From Blastocladiella emersonii ATCC 22665 (Eukaryota > Fungi > Blastocladiomycota): DNA of 64,000 bases. The stretch spans positions 186,001 to 250,000 of the forward strand of contig JANHCV010000001.1 in NCBI GenBank assembly GCA_025594325.1. The letters are read 5' to 3'. This document shows positions 46,286 to 58,599 of the stretch, in pieces (position 1 is the first letter of the stretch; each line of letters starts with the position of its first letter). The notes below the pieces were generated by a model. That model was not told the origin of the DNA. It made no database searches and saw nothing but the letters and a program-made list of their open reading frames with translations. The translations under genes were made by a program, and so were the position numbers.

Positions 46286-48066
46286 ATGACCGTCATCAGC
46301 ACCGCCCTACTCTCCGACCTCGCCGAGTGGGTGTCGGACCTCCCGCTAGCCGACGCCTACCACGGCCTCGCCGCCAAGGCCGCCGACCTGATCCCCGCGA
46401 CCATGGCCTCGCCGCACCTCTCGCCGACCGCTACCGTCGCGACTGCCGCCGGCGCCGTCACCGTGGCCGCGGCTACCACGCTTTACCTGCAGCACCTCCG
46501 CGTCCCGTCCGCGATGCGCCACCTGCCCGTGGTCCGCCCGCTCGACCTCGTCCGCCTCCTCGCCAGCGGCAAGTCGCTCCTCGACGTGTGCCGCGCCGAG
46601 ATCGAGCTCGCGCGCGCTGACGCCGTTCGGCGCGGCATCGACCTCGGCGCCGCCGGTATGCCCAAGGTGTGGGCCAGCTGGCTGTTCGGCACCTGGACCG
46701 TGATCGTCGCCAACCCCGCCGATATGAAGCTGATCCTCACCCAGCACGACGCACTCGACAAGGCATACTTCTCAGTCAACGAAGAGCTTGTCGGGTACGA
46801 GAACATCGTGCTCAGTCGTGTACGTTGTCTCTTGCTCGAGCCGCGTACCCGCGACCTGCACTAACGGTCCCGCTTCATCGTACTCAGAAGCACGAGTGGA
46901 AGCGCTTCCGCAAGATCATGAACCCGGCGTTCCGCATGGGCTGGTCGACCTCGCTCTTCGGCGACCTGGTCCGCGTCATGCTCGCCGACTTTGACAACCA
47001 CGCCGCGTCGGGCGCCCCCGTCGACGTGGCCTGCTACATGCAGCGTATGACGCTCGACGCGCTTTCGGTCGGCGCCTTCGGCACCTCGCTCGACTCGCTC
47101 GCGCACCCGGACGGCGACCTCGTCGTCACCTACAACCGAATCATGGAGGTGATCGCCGACCCCATCTACATGACGGTCCCGGGGCTCAAGCTCGTGAGCC
47201 CAACGTACCGCGCCTTCCGCGGCGACATTGTCAAATTCAACCAGCACATCTTCGATCTCATCGACGCCAAGACGCGCCGCGCCGCCGACGAGGGCTTTGC
47301 GTCGCAGGACTCGGACGTGGACCGCCGCGACCTCCTTCAGCGCATGATCGACGCCTCAGCCACGGGCACCGACGACGCGCTGACCCGCGACGAGCTGCGC
47401 ATCAACACCATCGTCTTCTTCATCGCCGGCCACGACACGACCAGCGCCGCCCTGACCTTTGCGCTATACCTCCTCGGCACCCACCCGGCGGTCCAGGCCA
47501 AGGCGCGCACCGAGGTCCTCGCCGTCCTCGGCTCCAGCACCTCGGGCGCGTGCGCCGCGGCCGACGCGGCGTACCCGGACAACGACCAGGTCGCGCAGCT
47601 GCCGTACCTGACGGCGGTCATCAAGGAGACGCTGCGCGTTTACCCGAGCGTGCCGCTGATCCCGCCGCGCGAGACGATGCGCGACGTGGTCCTCAGCGAC
47701 GGCACCGTGCTCCCGCGCGGCACCCGCGTCGCGGGCCACCTGTGCACGGTCCACGCCGACGCCGGCATCTGGGGCGACGACTCGGCCGAGTTCAAGCCCG
47801 AGCGGTTCCTCGTCGGCGGCGACGAGGGGAAGGTTCCGTCCACGCACCCCGGCGCGCACGACTTCGCGTGGGCGCCGTTCGGCGGCGGCCAGCGCGTGTG
47901 TCTCGGCCAAGGGTTTTCGATTATGGAACAGCGCGTCGTGCTCGCGTCGATGCTCGCGCGGTACGAGTGGACCGTGGCGGGCGAGGCGGGGGCGAAGCCG
48001 GATATCAAGCCGGGCGTGCTCCTGCAGCCGCGCGGGATCAAGATCGTGCTCAAGCGGCGGATGTAA
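46286..48066 (+). CDS. Cytochrome P450, two exons
   Basis: I-helix FFIAGHDTTS, K-helix ETLR, PERF and heme motif FGGGQRVCLG. Intron near 46820-46887 joins VLS to HEWKRFRK. Confidence 0.92.
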
Positions 48067-48533
48067 GGTGATGTTATGCTTTGGCTGATGTTGGTCGAGA
48101 CATGAGTGTATTCCGCGACCAAGTGGCGCTTGTTGATCTACTACCTCATGACCCCCGACCACGACCATGAAGACGATGAAGCTATGAAGACCATGCAAAC
48201 ACCCATCTCATGCAAGCGAACACACGGCTGCTGAACCGACCCCGACCAAACGCCCGCACATTGCTACTTTGGCCGCGGCGAAGACCGCTGCGCCGCTCAG
48301 GAGAGGGACGTCGGCCCGATCCCGCTTAGCTGTCTCTTTGCTCTCCATTCCATGCCGACAAGAATGAGGTAGATCGCAATCGCGCATGGAAGGCGCGACG
48401 AACGCTCGCGCAGCAAAGCTGCCGGCCATCTCGTCCCGCAGCCCATGTTCACTCATGCTTGAATCATCCCCGATTCAATCAAAAATGCGAGCTCTATTAT
48501 TTGTGTTGAATCGTAAGTAGTCGTAGCTGTCGT

Positions 48534-51500
48534 TCACGGTCGTGTCGCGCCGACACCCTGGCCATCGCCGCCTTCTTGCGCGCTCTGCGTCTGCGCCGCG
48601 GGGTCCTCGCCCATGCCGATGGCACCGATCTGGCGGCGGATGTCCTGGCACAGGCGGCGTAGGTACGTCTTGAGCGGCGGCTGCTTGGAGATGACGCTTG
48701 GCGGTACCATGAGGAGCAGCAGGCAGTTCTGCTTGATGTCCTCGCGCATGCTCCGCTGCATGCGGTACAGGAAGAAGAAGACGACCACGATCTGGAACAT
48801 GAGCGCGATGTGCAGCTTCTGGTTGATGCCCAGGTAGAAGGCGTACACGTCCCTAGATGCACGAAGGCGGCCGTTAGCAAATGAGCTCGAGGGGAGGTGT
48901 ACGACACCCGCAGACGTACGCAAAGTAGGACAGTTGCAGCTGGAGCAACTGGTAGAAGCCGAGCAGCATCTGGTGCGGCGCGTCGTTGACAAAGTGCGCG
49001 AGCGCCTGGCGGACCTGGTCGTTGGCCGCCGCGTCGGCTGGCGAGAGCGACACGCGCGCGAGGGTGCTGCCCGCCTGGAACGCGTCCTGCAGGACGAACG
49101 CGAGCCCCGTCGAGCTCGTGAGGTTGACGAGCGACGCGAGCTGCGGCGCCGGAGTCGGCGTCGCGTACGGCAGCCGCATCAGGTCAACGAACGGCGACGG
49201 CGACGCGTACATGGCGATGGCGCGGTCAATGGCGTTGAGCTGGGACTTGGCGGTCGTGATGACCGTTTCGAACGCGGGCGCGCGGGACGCGGCCCAGTTG
49301 GCGCCCGGTCGTACCACCTCGAGCGCGATCCCGTTGATCGGGTACAGCGACGTGTACATGTCGAGCGACGTCGTGAACCCGTCCATGATGACGCCGAGCT
49401 CGGGCGCGCCCTTGAGCGCGTTGATCAGCAGCACCGAGAACGACGGGATCACGACGGTCATGTACATGAGCGTGAACACGGCGTACGCGAGGTAGTCGGT
49501 CGGCTTGATCATCATCTGCTCCTTGGCCGCCTTGGCCGCCTTGCGCCGACGCGCCGCGGCCATGAGCGCGGCGGCCGCGTTCGGGTCGCTGGACGGGGCG
49601 AGCACCGCGCCACCGTCGCCGGGCGCTTGCCGCACAAACGACGCGCGGCGGACGAGACGCATCGGCAGCGACTCGGGTTCTGGCACTGGCGGGGGCGCTG
49701 GGACCCCGGACTTGCCGTCCTCGTCGCTCTCGTCGAAGTCCTCGGACTCCTCGTCCATCTCGTATACTTGGTAGGCCTACGGGGTGCCGCGCGTTAGTGC
49801 TGAGGGAAACGACCGTGCGACCGTGGCCACGTACCAGGTACTGGATGACATTGCGCGGGATCTGCGAGATGAGCTGCATCGCCTTGCCGCGCTCGTGGTT
49901 GAGGGCGCGGAGCTTGGGCCAGATCACGAGGAGGTACAGAAACTTTTGCGAAACCAGGTGTCAGTCACAAGAATCGCGCCGGGCGAGGACGTTGGGCGTA
50001 CCACAGCGAACAGGATGGCCGAGATCAGGATCCCGAGCACCCGCGTCTCGTACTTGTACCACGTGGCGCGCACGATGGTCGCAATCTGGGTCGAGAACAT
50101 GGTCGTCGACGTTAGGAACACGTCCTTGTTGGACGTGACGAACCGCCAGCTGCGGTCGGCCGTTGGGTCGCCCGCGACCTGCGCCACGTTGTTGACGGCC
50201 GAGATGAACTGCGACATGGCCTGGAAGTAGTCGGGCATGACGACCGTCGACGCGACGCTCGGGTCCGTGTCAATGTACTGCACGAGGCTCAGGTTCGACG
50301 GCACCGCGAAGCCCTTGTTGAGGATGTTGGACGAGATCGGGATCATCTGCGATGTGGACGCGGCGAGCTGCGCCGACAGCGTCCTGACCGAGGCCGTCAG
50401 GTTGGTCCGCGTGCACGCCGTCAGGAGGTCGGGCGTGGAGCGGCAGATGGGCAGCAGCTCGATGGCCGTGATGGTGTCGCCCATGAGCGCGAGCTGGTTG
50501 AAGCACGGCGTGACGAGCGCGATCTGGCTGCCAATGTTGAGGTACGCGAGCGCGACGAGGATGCACACGGTGCCGCCGAGGAGTAGGAACAGCGCGACCC
50601 ACAGCCGCCGCTGCAGCATGCCGTGCAGCGGGTTGGTCTTCGAGTTCTTCCACACGAGGATCAGCTTCGAGTCGCGCGTGAACCGGTTGCTGTTGGCCTC
50701 CGAGTCGCTGTTAAGCGAACCGTCCGAGTTGCCCGACTGCATGATCGAGTAGCTCCGGTTGAAGCTCGCCGGTCCGCGGTCGTCGCGCGACCCGCTGCCG
50801 TTGCCCATGGCCAGCAGCCCGCTCATCCCGGCCGCGTTGGCGCCCGCCGCGCCCGACACGGGCATCGTGCTGCCAAAGTTGTAGGTCGTCGAGGACATGG
50901 CCGCCTTGAGCTGCGGGATCGAGATGTGCGAACTGCGAGCGGATCCCGAAAACGCCGACTGTGCCGACTGCGACCGCCGCCGCGGGTCCATGATCCGAAG
51001 CGACGGCGAGAGCGACCGGACGGCGCCAATATTGGGCGAGTCGGGCGGCGAGCCGAACGGGTGTGCGGGCGGCGGCGAGCTGACCAGCGGCTCGTCGACC
51101 GCCGTGGTTGCGCTCATCGGCTCGGGGCTCGACGGTGGTGGCGGTGCGCTGACCATCATCGCCGCCGAGGGTACGCGGAACGAGATGGGCGCGGGGATTG
51201 ATGCCGACGACGTGTCGGCGGTAGTGGTGATCTTGATCTCGTACGGGCTGCTGGGGTCGAGCCCATACTCGTCAGTCCCGGGCTGCAGCCGAGTCTCGCT
51301 GCGCACGTTGGACAGCGCGAGCTGCATGGACCCCAGCACGTTGCGGTTGATGGTGCCGCCCCCGGTACCCGTCGTTGGGTGCAGCCCCGATAGTGTGCTG
51401 CCGAGATGTCCATTGTCGCGCAGGTTGCGCAGCACGTCGGCGTGGACCTTGTGCGTGACGCGCGCGTGCGTGATGCGCGCCATGAGGATCGGCCCGTCGT

Positions 51501-54500
51501 CGCTCGTGCGGCGGAGGTACTCGACGACCACGTCAAAGTGCGACCCGTCGCGGTGGACGCCGTTGACGGTCTGCCGCGGGAGATCCGCGGACGTGGCCGT
51601 GGTAGTCGTGCTCGCCGTCACGTCGCCGTCTTCCTCGACCACGTCAAAGTCGGGGAGCAGCTTGCGGATCGACTGGTTCTGCAGCTCCTCGACCGGGAAC
51701 CCGAACAGGAACGCTACGCCGTCGTTGACGCTGACCATGCTGCCCGACTCGGAGATGAACACGAGGCCCTCCTTGGCCATGAGGTCGTCGACGTAGAGCA
51801 CGATCGAGTCGTTGACCTCGGCGCCCGACACGGCCACGGGCGTCAGCGTCTTGTCCTGCCGGTGCATGAGGCCGTAGAACCACTGCTCGGGGTCGGAGAT
51901 GACGCGCTCGATGAGCTCCTTGATGTCGGCGTGCGCTTGGTGGGCCTCGGGCACGGGCGGGAAGACAGCCGCAATGGACCGGCCCGTGAGCTGGGCGGAG
52001 GTCGCGCCAACGAGGTTCGCGGCCGCGTCGCCCCACTCGGCCACGATGCCGGACGCGTTGACCTGGATCCGTTTCTACGCGCGAGTTCATGACGCGTCAG
52101 ACTTTTGGGTCGAAGGGGAAAGGCAAGCCCAACACGTACTCCCTCGAGGGCATCGACCGCGGCCTGTTCCGTGCTCTCGATGCGGACGATGGTGCCCTGG
52201 AACAGCATGTCGGCGCTCGACACGCCGCCATCGAGCTTTTTGACCTTGAGGTTGATGGTGAAGAGCGACCCGTCGCGGTGCAACGCGGGGAGCAGGCGGC
52301 CCTCGGTCGCGCGCTGGATGTTGGGGATTTTGGTCTTCTTGTACCGGTCGAGGAAGCTGTCGTGGAAGGACCGGTACGGCTCTACACGGAACTCGAGAGT
52401 CAGCACTCGAATGCGGTTGCGGCAAGGCAGGTCGAGCAGTGACGGACCGGGCATGATCGTCTTAATGTTCTGCCCGACAATCGACATGCGGTCGTAACCG
52501 AAGAGGCTCAGGAACGCGTCGTTGCAGTTTTTGATGATCCCCTGCGGATCCATGTACACCTCGGCGACGAGCGTACGCATGTCCACGATGGTCCCGCGGA
52601 AGAAGATGTCGCCGTTGATCTACTCGTCGGCTCGGTATCAGTGCACGGACGGCGACCCCAATCTGCAACCGCGGCAACGTACCACTTCCTCGACGACCTG
52701 GAGCGAGATCGGGAACGACTTGCCGTCCTTGTGCTTTCCGACGACTGCGCGGCCCGTGGTCCCGATGACGCGCGAGACGCCTGAGCTGAGGTACCGCTGG
52801 AGGAACGCGTCGTGCTGCGCGGCGAACGACGCGGTCATGAGCAGCGTGATGTTGTTCCCGACCATCTCGACCGGCTTGTAGCCGAACATGGTCGAGGCCT
52901 GGCGGTTGACGAGCTGGATGATGCCGTCGCGGTTGATGAGGACCAGCGCCATCTTCTCGTCCTCGCGCACGGGCGTGACGAGACCGGCGAAGAGGCGCTG
53001 TTTGCCCTTGAGCTCGATGATCTACGAACCGGGCATGGTGGTCAGTTGGGAGTCGGTCCGTCGAAAGCGCTGGTTTACGAACCTGCAGCTCCATCGGAAA
53101 CGACCAACCCTTGGCGTGCAGCCCAAAGGCGGTCTGGCGCATCCCGATGACGCGCTTGACGCCCGTGGCCTTGTACCGCGTAATGTACTCGTCGTGGTAC
53201 GCGCGCCATGGCCACGGCATCAGCGAGTTGATTTTCCTATTGGCGGGTCGACTGATCAGTCATTCCGCTCATGGTCATGCGAAAGAGCAGGGCGTACCGC
53301 TGGATCACGTCGTGCTTGGACTCATAGCCAAAGATCTTGAGCACGCTGCCGTTGATCTCGCACACGACGCCGTTATCGTCGATCGTGATGACCGCGTTGC
53401 GGTTGAACTACGAGTCGAGGTCAGTCAGTCATGCATCGCTGGTGCTAAAGTCGACGGGTGTGAGCGTACCGTGGTCATGTTGGCGGCCCCGACGAGCGCC
53501 GAGGCGTCCTGCTCGACGCCCGCGCCGCTCTTGAGCAGGTCCTCCTCGCGCGCCTTGGCCGCGTCGGCCTGCGCATTGTACGTGGCGGCGAGGTCCTGGT
53601 CGTTGAGCACGAGCTTGGCAAAGTTGGCATACGAGCGCAGGATGTGCGTCGCTTTCGGATACTACGGGACGGAGCAGCGGGCATCAGCGAGGGCCAACCG
53701 TGCTGCCGCATCGAGAGCGCGTACCCGGCTGAGCAGCTGTTTGTAAAAGTCGTCAGCGCGCTTGGTGTTGGTGATGATGGTGCGGACCGCCGACTCGAAC
53801 GACTGGAACCGGATCTTCTTGGACAAGAAGAGAATCCAGAATTGCTGGATCGAGTCGACGCACTTGGCGTGGTACCGGCGCGCCTCGGTCACGTTGCGCT
53901 GGAACTCGACGTACTGCAGCAGGTCGAGCTTGGCGGTGCCCGAGACCACGTTGGCCGTGGCGACCTTCTGCTCGGCGTCGATGAACCGGCAGAAGAGCAG
54001 GAACCGGACGCCGAACGACGGCTCGAGGTTCTTGACCGTCTCGTAGGTCGTGGCCTCGACGGGCGCCGCCATGGCGTTGCACTCGCGCGCCGCGTCGACA
54101 AAGTTGCAGTACAGCAGGTTGATGGTCGGGTTGTTGCTGTTGGCGTCGAGCGCGGCGCGGAGCCACGCCTCGGCCGCGTCCCACGCCATGGACCGGATCA
54201 GCAGCCGCGAGATGATCTCGACCGTGGCCGTGGACCGCAGCGCCCGTGCAATCGCCGGGTTGCGCGCGAGTCGGACGTGGACCTCGGTGTGCGACGGCAG
54301 GTCGTAGTGCACCGTAGCCCGGCGCACGACGGGGCACGCGCTGCCCGACGACACGCCGCCGGCGCCGTGGCCGCCCATGTCGCCGCCGTTCATGTGGGCG
54401 AGCGCGAGGGCCGCGGGACTGTGGCCGGGTCCGGCGTCGCGCGCCGCGGCGGCGACCTCGAGCATGACGAGCTGGCGGAACCGGTGGATGGTCTCGTAGC

Positions 54501-55650
54501 GGTAGCGGGCGAGGCGCATGCCGACCCAGAAGGCGGGCGCGATGCCGAGGATCATGACGTAGTCGAGGCTGCGGTTCTCGAGCGTGTAGTTGGGCGGCGA
54601 CGCGACGCTGACGAGGGCGCAGGCGGCGAGCCAGATGAGCGACATGAGCGAGCCGCTCTGCAGGCGCGTGGTCGACTCGTGGTGGTACGGGACCGTGTAG
54701 ATGAGGACAAACTCGAGGGCGACCAGGGTCACGAGGAAGATGGGCGCCATCCAGGCGGGCCCGTGCACGACGACGCCGAGGTACTCGCCCTCAAGCAGGA
54801 ACACGAGCAGCGCGACGACCGAGAGGAACTGGTACGGCGTAATGCTGCAGGCGAGCAGGTCGTTGGGCGAGTGGCGCAGGCTGACGTTGGTCATGGTGTT
54901 GGCGAGGAGGAACGGCACGAGGATGGCTGTGGCGACGAGGCCGGCGATGAGGGTGGGCAGCACGATGGGCGAGTTGCACGGGACCGTCGAGAAGTGAATG
55001 AGCGTGTTCTTGACAGGGTCGCAGAAGACGGGGCTCAGCAGCGACGAGATGCTGGCCACGGCGAACAGCTTGAAGAGGGCAGCGACGGCGAGCAGCAGCT
55101 TGATGGGCCAGACGTGCTGGAAGTTGCGCTGGTGGAACGAGAGCATGACGAGGACGGTGATGAGCGAGACCATGGCCGTGAGGAACACGAAGATGGCGAA
55201 GACGATGACGAAGTCGGGCATGTAGTATCCGTATCGATACGGCGTGCGGAACTGCAGAAACACAATGACCTGGCCGTAGGCCTTGGTTATAGATCCGCTA
55301 CACGGGGTGGGGTGGGTCAGTGCGGGCTAATCGGGCATGCTCTGCTGCGGAAGATCCCCGTACAAGTTGCTACACGACGGTGGCGAGGGCGGAATTGAGT
55401 TTCGGACCGACTTGCGGTGGTGGTGGGAGCGGGCCACGTACAAGTCTGCTCCGAGAATGAAGCCAGCAAAGTGGATCCAGTCGGCGAAGAGGTGCGCGGC
55501 CGTGACCCAGACATTGGGCCGCAGCTGGGCGCTCGAGGACATCATGACATAGAGGACGAAGAGAAAAGTGTCTTCGAGCTGGCGAAGCCTCGACCGCTTG
55601 CCGCGGAAGACGCTGGACGTGTCGCCCGAGCTTGGGCCCATGGTCGACAT
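48534..55650 (-). CDS. Large multi-pass membrane protein with TPR-like region and five PAS domains (TmcB/FixL-like), multi-exon
   Basis: N-terminal multi-TM block (55650-54500), helical region (AEAWLRAAL..ADDFYKQLL..ILRSYANF), PAS repeats (HDEYITRY, HDAFLQRY, HDSFLDRY plus two more), a Ser-rich linker, then two TM-ectodomain-TM units ending LLLMVPPSVIS...RP*. Confidence 0.8.
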
Positions 55651-56926
55651 GGTTGGTGATGGTGCGGCGGCTCGGCGAGCGAGCGTTGAAGTTGGTGCCG
55701 GGGATCAGGTCGTGGAGCGAGTGCCTTGACGGCGCACGGGTGACGGGCAGGTGACGCTGTGCCCCGTTCAGCGAGTATACATGGATGGAGGGCAGGCGGT
55801 TCAAGATCGCAAGGGACGAGGAGCCCCGCGCACGTGTGCGTGCGGCAGGTCCCAAGGCTTTCGCGCGACCGATGGATGGGTCCAAAAGCGGGCAGCAGCA
55901 GCAGTCGCGACGCGTTCGAGAAGTGGGGGGCGCGGGACGTACGCGCGCGGTCCCTCTGGTCTGGCGCGTCCGATGGCCACTTCTGGGTTGCACTGTGCTG
56001 GCCTTGCGCGCGTGTGCGGGTGCGCGTCATTGTCTCCCGCGGCGGCGCGTGCAGCGAGCGCGACGGCGACGGTGAGACGCGTCGATGCGACGCGACGCGC
56101 TTATCAGGTGATCTCACCTGCGCTTCAAATGGATATCTGGATTGAGTAGCTCTCGCGAAAATGGTGCGAATGGTCACTGATCTCGTCACAGCGCCGCAAA
56201 ATAGTCTAGAATAACCTGGTTTCCTCGAATGTCCCGTGCAGAGTGCGCGAACGGCGCGGTTCTTGGATGGTCGCGGCCCAGCCAACGGTGACCGGCCTCG
56301 ACATGCACGCGTAGGTCCATGTGCATCGCTCGGGACCGTGTGGTCGTGGCCAGATCCAGGGCCGCGGCGGCGGTCCCTGCAGCGGCCCTGCCGCGACCCG
56401 AGCCCCAGCCGCGACGCGAAGCGCCACCCACGCGGGCCGGGCCGGCGGACCGCCGTGTCTCGCAGCGTGGCGCGCATGAATTTGCGTGGACATCGCTACA
56501 TCACTTCTTATCGCCTGACTCCGCGCGTCCCGTGCTGCCCGAAATAGACGGCCCGGGTATCGCCGGTGCTCCTCCCTCCCATGCAAGAGCCGCTCCCTCT
56601 CCCGCAACGTCTTCGCACGGATCACACTTGCTGCTACGCATCGACGCACCGACGCATCAACCACGCCCGCTCGCTCGGCTCTTGTGTGTGGACTCGCTGC
56701 CGCGCCCTCGCTCCTGCACGCAACGCACCAACGGCGTCGTCTTCTGCTTGCGCCATCTCGACTCGGCGCGCCCCCTTCCCCCAAAGCCGACCTCGCCGTT
56801 CCGGTCCTCTCCGCGCCCCGCGCCGCTCGACCCGTCCGCCCGCCGCCTCTTGATCTCCTCGTCCGCGCGCAATTGCTCCTCGTTCTCTCTCCGCCGACGA
56901 TCCCGCCGACCGAGCCCACGATCACC

Positions 56927-58371
56927 ATGCCATCGACTTCGCCACAACGCGCTGCCGCGGCCGCCACGTCCGCTGCGCCGTGGACCGCCGCTGCCGGCGC
57001 TGCTTCCGCCGCGGGGGCTCCCATGCGCGGGGCTGCTGTCGAAGACGACCGCATCGTCGCTGCCGCGCTCCCCGGGCCATACCCGCCGCCCGACGGCCCG
57101 CGCAAGCTGTCGACCGTCGTGTCCTTCTCCATCTCGTCCATTGCGCCCGCCATGGCCGTCATCTTCACCAACCCCTTTGACACGGCCAAGGTGCGCCTGC
57201 AGCTGCAGGGCGAGCGCCTCAAGCAGGCCGCCAAGGCCGGCGGCGCGACACAGCCCGGCGCCGTCGTGTACCGCAATAGTTTCGACTGCATGCTCAAGAC
57301 CTTCCGCATGGAGGGCGTCGCTGGATTGCAAAAGGTGCGCTGCTCTTGCTCGCGCTAGATCGCGACTGAACGCGACCGCAACGGGAACTGACGGCCGAAT
57401 CCGCAACTGCGTAGGGCCTCTCCCCCGCCATCCTGCGCGAGGGCTCCAAGAACCTGTTCCGCCTCGGCATGTACGATCCCGTGATAAACGCCATGCACCC
57501 GAAATCCGTCTACGGCGCGTCCCCGCCGCCGCCGTGGAAGCTCATGGCCGCCGGCGCCATCTGCGGCGCCATGGGCGCGCTCGCCTGCAACCCCTTTGAG
57601 CTCGTCAAGACCCGCCTCCAGTCCTCGGCCCACGGCTCGCTCGCCGTTGGCCACCAGCACGGCTACACGGGCGTGTGGATGGGCCTGCGCACCATCGTCT
57701 CGCAGGAGGGCGTCAACGGCCTGTACCGCGGGTCCGCCATGAGCGTCGGCCGCAGCATCGTTGGCAGCGGCGCCAACCTCTCGGCGTTCCACATGCTCAA
57801 GGACTACCTCATGGACCCCACCGGCCCCGCCTGGGACGACGGCGTCAAGACCGACATGGTCGCCGGCATGGCATCGGGCCTCGCCTCCGTCATCTGCATG
57901 AACCCCATCGACGTCTTGCGCACCCGCTATTATAACCAGCCGTATGTGAACGGCCGCGGCACCATCTACGCCTCGGGCTGGGACGCGGCACGCACTGTCG
58001 TCGGCAACGAGGGGTGGGGTGCCCTGTACAAGGGCTTCAGCAGCCACTTCCTCCGCATCGGCCCGCACTTCTGCCTCACCTTCGTCTTCCTCGGCGTCCT
58101 GCGCCGCGCCATCACCGACCTCCAGGACACGCGCACCATGACGTCCACCTTCTCGGCCTTTGACCGCGACGGCGACGGCGTGCTCAACGTGGCCGAGGTC
58201 GCGCGCGCCGTCCGCTTCGCCATGCCGAGCGAACCGGCGCCCGTCGTGCAGGCCATCACGGAGCGGCTGATGCAGGGCAGCAGCGCCGTGTCTGCGACTG
58301 CGTTTGCCGGCATGACCGAGGAGCTGCGCGCAGAAGTCCGCGCCCACGCGGCGGCGGCCGCGTCCGAATGA
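56927..58371 (+). CDS. Mitochondrial carrier (OAC1/SLC25A34-35-like) with a C-terminal EF-hand, two exons
   Basis: Three carrier signatures PFDTAKVRLQ, PFELVKTRLQ and PIDVLRTRY; GLQK|GLSPAILREGSKNLFRLG; EF loop DRDGDGVLNVAE. Intron near 57334-57414. Confidence 0.85.
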
Positions 58372-58599
58372 GACCAGAGCTGAACGAGGAAATTATAATA
58401 CAGTACCCCACTATTTAGCCTCATTCCTCGCTCGTCTTGCAACCAGGGTCCCTGCCGCGCAGGGATGGGACGCGAGCTGTTATCACATGATGCGATGGAG
58501 CGAGTCGATGTCGAGAGGTCGCGAGGTCGCCACGGCTCTGCTCGCTCTCTTTGGACACCCCCACTTCCATGTATCCTAGGCCTCGGCGCCACGTCTAGC

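Noticed and set aside
46286-48066. P450 as part of a sirenin or terpenoid pheromone cluster
   Set aside because: There is no terpene synthase or prenyltransferase in the window, so the link would be pure speculation.
48208-48456. 82-aa ORF between the convergent P450 and PAS genes
   Set aside because: Short, with no motif or bias; likely overlapping 3'UTR sequence.
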